A DNA stretch of 64,000 nt from Eledone cirrhosa (lineage: Eukaryota): positions 9,114,001 through 9,178,000 of the forward strand of contig OZ024762.1 in the NCBI GenBank assembly GCA_964016885.1. Reading direction: 5' to 3'. Position 1 is the first letter of the stretch. The number at the start of each line of letters is the position of its first letter. The notes under the pieces were generated by a model that was not told the origin of the DNA, made no database searches, and saw nothing but the letters and a program-made list of their open reading frames with translations. The position numbers were made by a program, and so were the translations under genes. Shown here piece by piece: positions 59,170 through 64,000 of this stretch.

Positions 59170-59396
59170 TTCGAATGTCTCAGAAAAGAATTGCTGGACA
59201 GATTTTATGGGCAAAACCAACCGACAAGAAATCCAGAGGTAGACCCTGAGCAAGATGGTTGGATAACATCCAAAAGCTTGGTTGGTCACGCTTGGAGATC
59301 CAGCCCGATCAGATGGAGACGGTTGCTTCTGACAGGACCGACTGGAAGGAGTGTTTGAGGACTCTGGCCCCACGACCCTCTCAGGAATAAGTGGGT
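59170..59396 (+). pseudogene. RTE-clade LINE ORF C-terminus
   Basis: RMSQKRIAGQILWAKPTDKKSRGRP*ARWLDNIQKLGWSRLEIQPDQMETVASDRTDWKECLRTLAPRPSQE*. Confidence 0.8.
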
Positions 59397-60232
59397 GAAG
59401 GAGTGTTTGAGGACTCTGGCCCCACGACCCTCTCAGGAATAAGTGGGTGAAGGAGTGTTTGAGGACTCTGGCCCCACGACCCTCTCAGGAATAAGTGGGT
59501 GAAGGAGTGTTTGAGGACTCTGGCCCCACGACCCTCTCAGGAATAAGTGGGTGAAGGAGTGTTTGAGGACTCTGGCCCCACGACCCTCTCAGGAATAAGT
59601 GGGTGAAGGAGTGTTTGAGGACTCTGCTCCCACGACCCTCTCAGGAATAAGTGGGTGAAGGAGTGTATGAGGACTCTGCTCCCACGACCCTCACAGGAAT
59701 AAGTGGGTGAAGGAGTGTTTGAGGACTCTGGCCCCACGACCCTCTCAGGAATAAGTGGGTGAAGGAGTGTTTGAGGACACTGGCCCCACGACCCTCTCAG
59801 GAATAAGTGGGTGAAGGAGTGTTTGAGGACTCTGGCCCCACGACCCTCTCAGGAATAAGTGGGTGAAGGAGTGTTTGAGGACTCTGCTCCCACGACCCTC
59901 TCAGGAATAAGTGGGTGAAGGAGTGTTTGAGGACTCTGGCCCCACGACCCTCTCAGGAATAAGTGGGTGAAGGAGTGTATGAGGACTCTGCTCCCACGAC
60001 CCTCTCAGGAATAAGTGGTGAAGGAGTGTTTGAGGACTCTGGCCCCACGACCCTCTCAGGAATAAGTGGGTGAAGGAGTGTTTGAGGACTCTGGCCCCAC
60101 GACCCTCTCAGGAATAAGTGGGTGAAGGAGTGTATGAGGACTCTGCCCCCACGACCCTCTCAGGAATAAGTGGGTGAAGGAGTGTATGTTGGACTCTGCC
60201 CCACGACCCTCTCAGGAATAAGTGCGTGAAGA
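59345..60232 (+). repeat. 52-bp minisatellite (~17 copies) made from the RTE 3' terminus
   Basis: Unit GAAGGAGTGTTTGAGGACTCTGGCCCCACGACCCTCTCAGGAATAAGTGGGT. Confidence 0.95.
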
Positions 60233-60601
60233 ATAAGAAGAAAATAAAATGGAGGACAAGTAAAATCCATCGTAGTTGCGCAATTGAGACCTCGTTTGAC
60301 CGGTAAACAAGAGGCTCGGATTTCAATATTTGCTCCTACAATTTTTATATGCTTCGATTCCTAATTTGATGTTTATATTCACACATATGGTCACTTCCCT
60401 TCCAAATGTTCTGCGTGTGTATAGATATATATATATATGTGCGTGTGTGTGTGAGTGTTTGTTTGTGTGTGAGTATGTGTGTGTTTGTGTGCGTGTGTGT
60501 GTGAATGTAAGGTAGATCAAACGAAATATGCGACATCTTCAAAACAATATGTAGGTTGCATTCCTTTATGGTCACATTTTTATGATGTGTGTGTAGGTAT
60601 A

Positions 60602-60663
<62 letters not shown>

Positions 60664-60797
60664 TACATTATATTATGTGTATATAATATCTGATTTACAC
60701 ACAAACAACTTATTCAGATCACCGATATTGGCTCTCATAGAAAAATATCATGCATATATACATACATGTATATATCTCATATGTATGTGTATACATG

Positions 60798-60860
<63 letters not shown>

Positions 60861-60931
60861 ATGTATATATCTATGTATATATTGTGTATATAAATATATA
60901 TGCGTGTGTAGCTCACTCTCTCTCTCCCCCC

Positions 60932-61018
<87 letters not shown>

Positions 61019-61089
61019 ATCAGATTTAGATATAGCATAAAAATGACAGTGGACAGTACTGGACTGATTGGTATTCAAGAAGTGACACT

Positions 61090-61165
<76 letters not shown>

Positions 61166-62082
61166 AAGAAAGAGAGAAAGAAAGAAAGAAAGTGAGAGAG
61201 AGAGAGACAAAAAGTAAACGTAAAAACTGATAAACCAATAGAGAAGACGATAAAAGAGGAAAAAAATGGCGAGACAAACAACCTAACAGAGACTTTAGAA
61301 GACGCAGTTAGAGGGGATCAAAGAATAGCGAGATATTCTTCCCTTACTTTTGACAGGTTAAAATATACCTTTTGATCCTTTCTTAACACACTCCTTATAA
61401 AAACATGTGTCGGGCTCCCTAATTTTTATTCTATTTTTATTTTTATTTATTTATTTTTTATTTATTTTTTTTTATTTTTTTTTTAGGTTTTCTCTTGTCC
61501 ATTTTATTATTACTAGCATCACTACCATCAGCACCACTGCCTCCCACGACCCATCCCCACCACCAGATGACAAACACCACCACCACCACATCACAAACAC
61601 CACCACCACCACCACACCAGAAAAAACACCACCCTACCGCCCACACACACCACCACCACCACCACCACCACCACCATCACCACATTAGAAACACCGCCAT
61701 CACTTCACAAACACCACCACCACCACCACCACATCAGAAACACCGCCACCACTTGACAACCACCAGCACCCACCACCGCCCACCAGCATCATCACCACCA
61801 CCACCACACATCACAGACACCACCAAACCACCCTCACTAACACCACCACTACACCACCGCCACATCACAAACGCCGCCACCACATTACCACCACCACCAC
61901 CACCACCACACCACCACCACATCACCATCACCACCAACACATCACAAACACCACCACAACGACCACATCGCAATCACCACCACCACTGACCCCTATGTAT
62001 TATAAAACCATCTCTTATGTTTATCACGTTCTCTCCTCTGTTGACCATTTCCCAATATCTGCAAATTCCTCTTTCTTCCTTC

Positions 62083-62134
<52 letters not shown>

Positions 62135-62364
62135 TGTGTGTCTTTTTATTTTTATATACACACTGACATACTTACATATACATATATAGATTCATACACA
62201 CATACTTATATTGTGCTCGTATCTGTGTGTGTATATATATATATAAGTATATATTTATATTTATACGAGGATCGGAATTAAGAGTATTCCGCAGTTCACA
62301 GTAATAATAATAATATTAGTTCAAAGAGGAATAGAGAATTTTCTTGTGAGCTCAAATACAAATA

Positions 62365-62457
62365 TAAATATATTACACAAAGGGAAGTGTGTTACACAGT
62401 GATAATCCTTTACACACATCTAACTGTGTAACACACTTCCCTTTGTGTAATATATTT
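62365..62457. repeat. Inverted repeat (~35-bp arms) next to (TA)n
   Basis: ATATTACACAAAGGGAAGTGTGTTACACAGT and its reverse complement. Confidence 0.85.
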
Positions 62458-62498
62458 ATATATATATATATATTTATATATTTTTATATATTTTTACA

Positions 62499-62679
<181 letters not shown>

Positions 62680-62782
62680 GTTTATATGTTTATTTATATA
62701 TATAAATATATATATATATGTTTATATATATATATATATATATATGTAAAAATATATAAATATATGTAGATAAATATATATA

Positions 62783-62854
<72 letters not shown>

Positions 62855-63192
62855 GTTCTATAAAAAAAACAGTGGATATAGAGAAAAGGTGAAATTGGAA
62901 ATAGCACGGAAAATATATTTTAGGGTCTGTTTTTTTTTTTTTTTTTTTTCTTTGATTCGTCAAAGTGAAATTATTGAAAAAATGAGAGGGACAATTCTTT
63001 AAAAGAGAAGTTTTAAAATGTACATAAAGTATATAAAGTATTACCGGTTTCGATGCATTATTAAAATTCATCTTCTCAAATGTTGAGTATTACAATTAAA
63101 AAGAATTAATAGGAATTAAAAACTAAAAATTAAAGATTTAAAATTAAGTGTTGGAGTAAGTTTTTTTCCATCTTCCTTGCTCAGAAGTGGCC

Positions 63193-63709
63193 TCGTAAGG
63201 ATGAAAGGCAAAGGTAACCTCAGCGGGATTTGAATTCAGAACGTAAAGGACTATAACTCTATGCTTGCAAAGCATGTTGTCTGACGCTCTACCAATACTG
63301 CCAATCCACCGCAAACGTTAAATAATTGTTTCTACTTTTGGCACAAGGCCAGCAATTACCCCAGTGCATTACTGGTACTTTATTTTATCGACCCCGTAAG
63401 GATGAAAGGCAAAGTTAACCTCGGCGGGATTTGAACCCAAAACGTAAAGGGCTATAACTCATTGCTGGAAAGCATGGCGTCCGATATTCTACCGATACTG
63501 CCAATCAACCGCACTCAATTAAATAATTGTTTCTACTTTTGGCACAAGGCCAGCAATTATCCCAGTGCATTACTGGTACTTTATTTTATCGACCCCGTAA
63601 GGATGAAAGGCAAAGTTAACCTCGGCGGGATTTGAACTCAGATCATAAAGGGAGGTAAATCTATGCTTCAAAGCATGGCGCCCGACCCTCTACCGATACT
63701 GCCAATCCA
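63193..63709 (-). mobile_element. Three tandem tRNA-SINE copies
   Basis: Repeated AAGGATGAAAGGCAAAG..GATACTGCCAATC. Confidence 0.85.
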
Positions 63710-64000
63710 TAAATAATATCTGTTAGAGTGGCGATCACCGTGGTGATGGCGGGGCATGATATCTGGCTGTGGCGAGAGGGAAGATGATTTTGTAGGGAGA
63801 TGAAACTAGGGTCAGTTGTAGAAATTATTAATTAACTCGTAATTATTTCTGTCTCGATAACAGCATTAATTAATAAAAATCCCCAGTGGTTGGCCAACTT
63901 TTTAATTGGTTCTTAATTAGCAATTAGTTGATTGTTTCTTAACGAGGAAGTTGAACTTCAGATTTCAACAAACCAAAAAATAAATAAAATAAATAATAAT

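Overview
AT-rich animal genomic DNA, most likely cephalopod/octopus-like, inferred from the SINE families and the (TA)n/(CA)n load. I found no supportable host protein-coding gene; almost all ORF-track entries are microsatellite translations. The window is a mosaic of microsatellites, minisatellites, tRNA-derived SINEs, decayed RTE- and R4-type LINE fragments, hAT/mariner/piggyBac-type MITEs, a Helitron-like element and one 5'-truncated Penelope-like element (PLE; RT C-terminus plus GIY-YIG, 38303-39430, minus strand). The main unexpected signal is about 25 type-I hammerhead ribozyme (HHR) motifs, read by eye, from about 12 sequence-unrelated families. They sit mostly in short non-coding islands inside (TA)n tracts, often as inverted duplications. 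Two islands are young, near-identical tandem arrays (591-bp and 300-bp units) with one HHR per unit plus an inverted 5' segment, i.e. retrozyme/PLE-pLTR-like elements predicted to release unit-length, possibly circular RNAs. Across families the ribozymes keep a palindromic stem III, and two carry a compensatory U3-A8 core variant. All RNA structures are manual predictions, not computed or tested.
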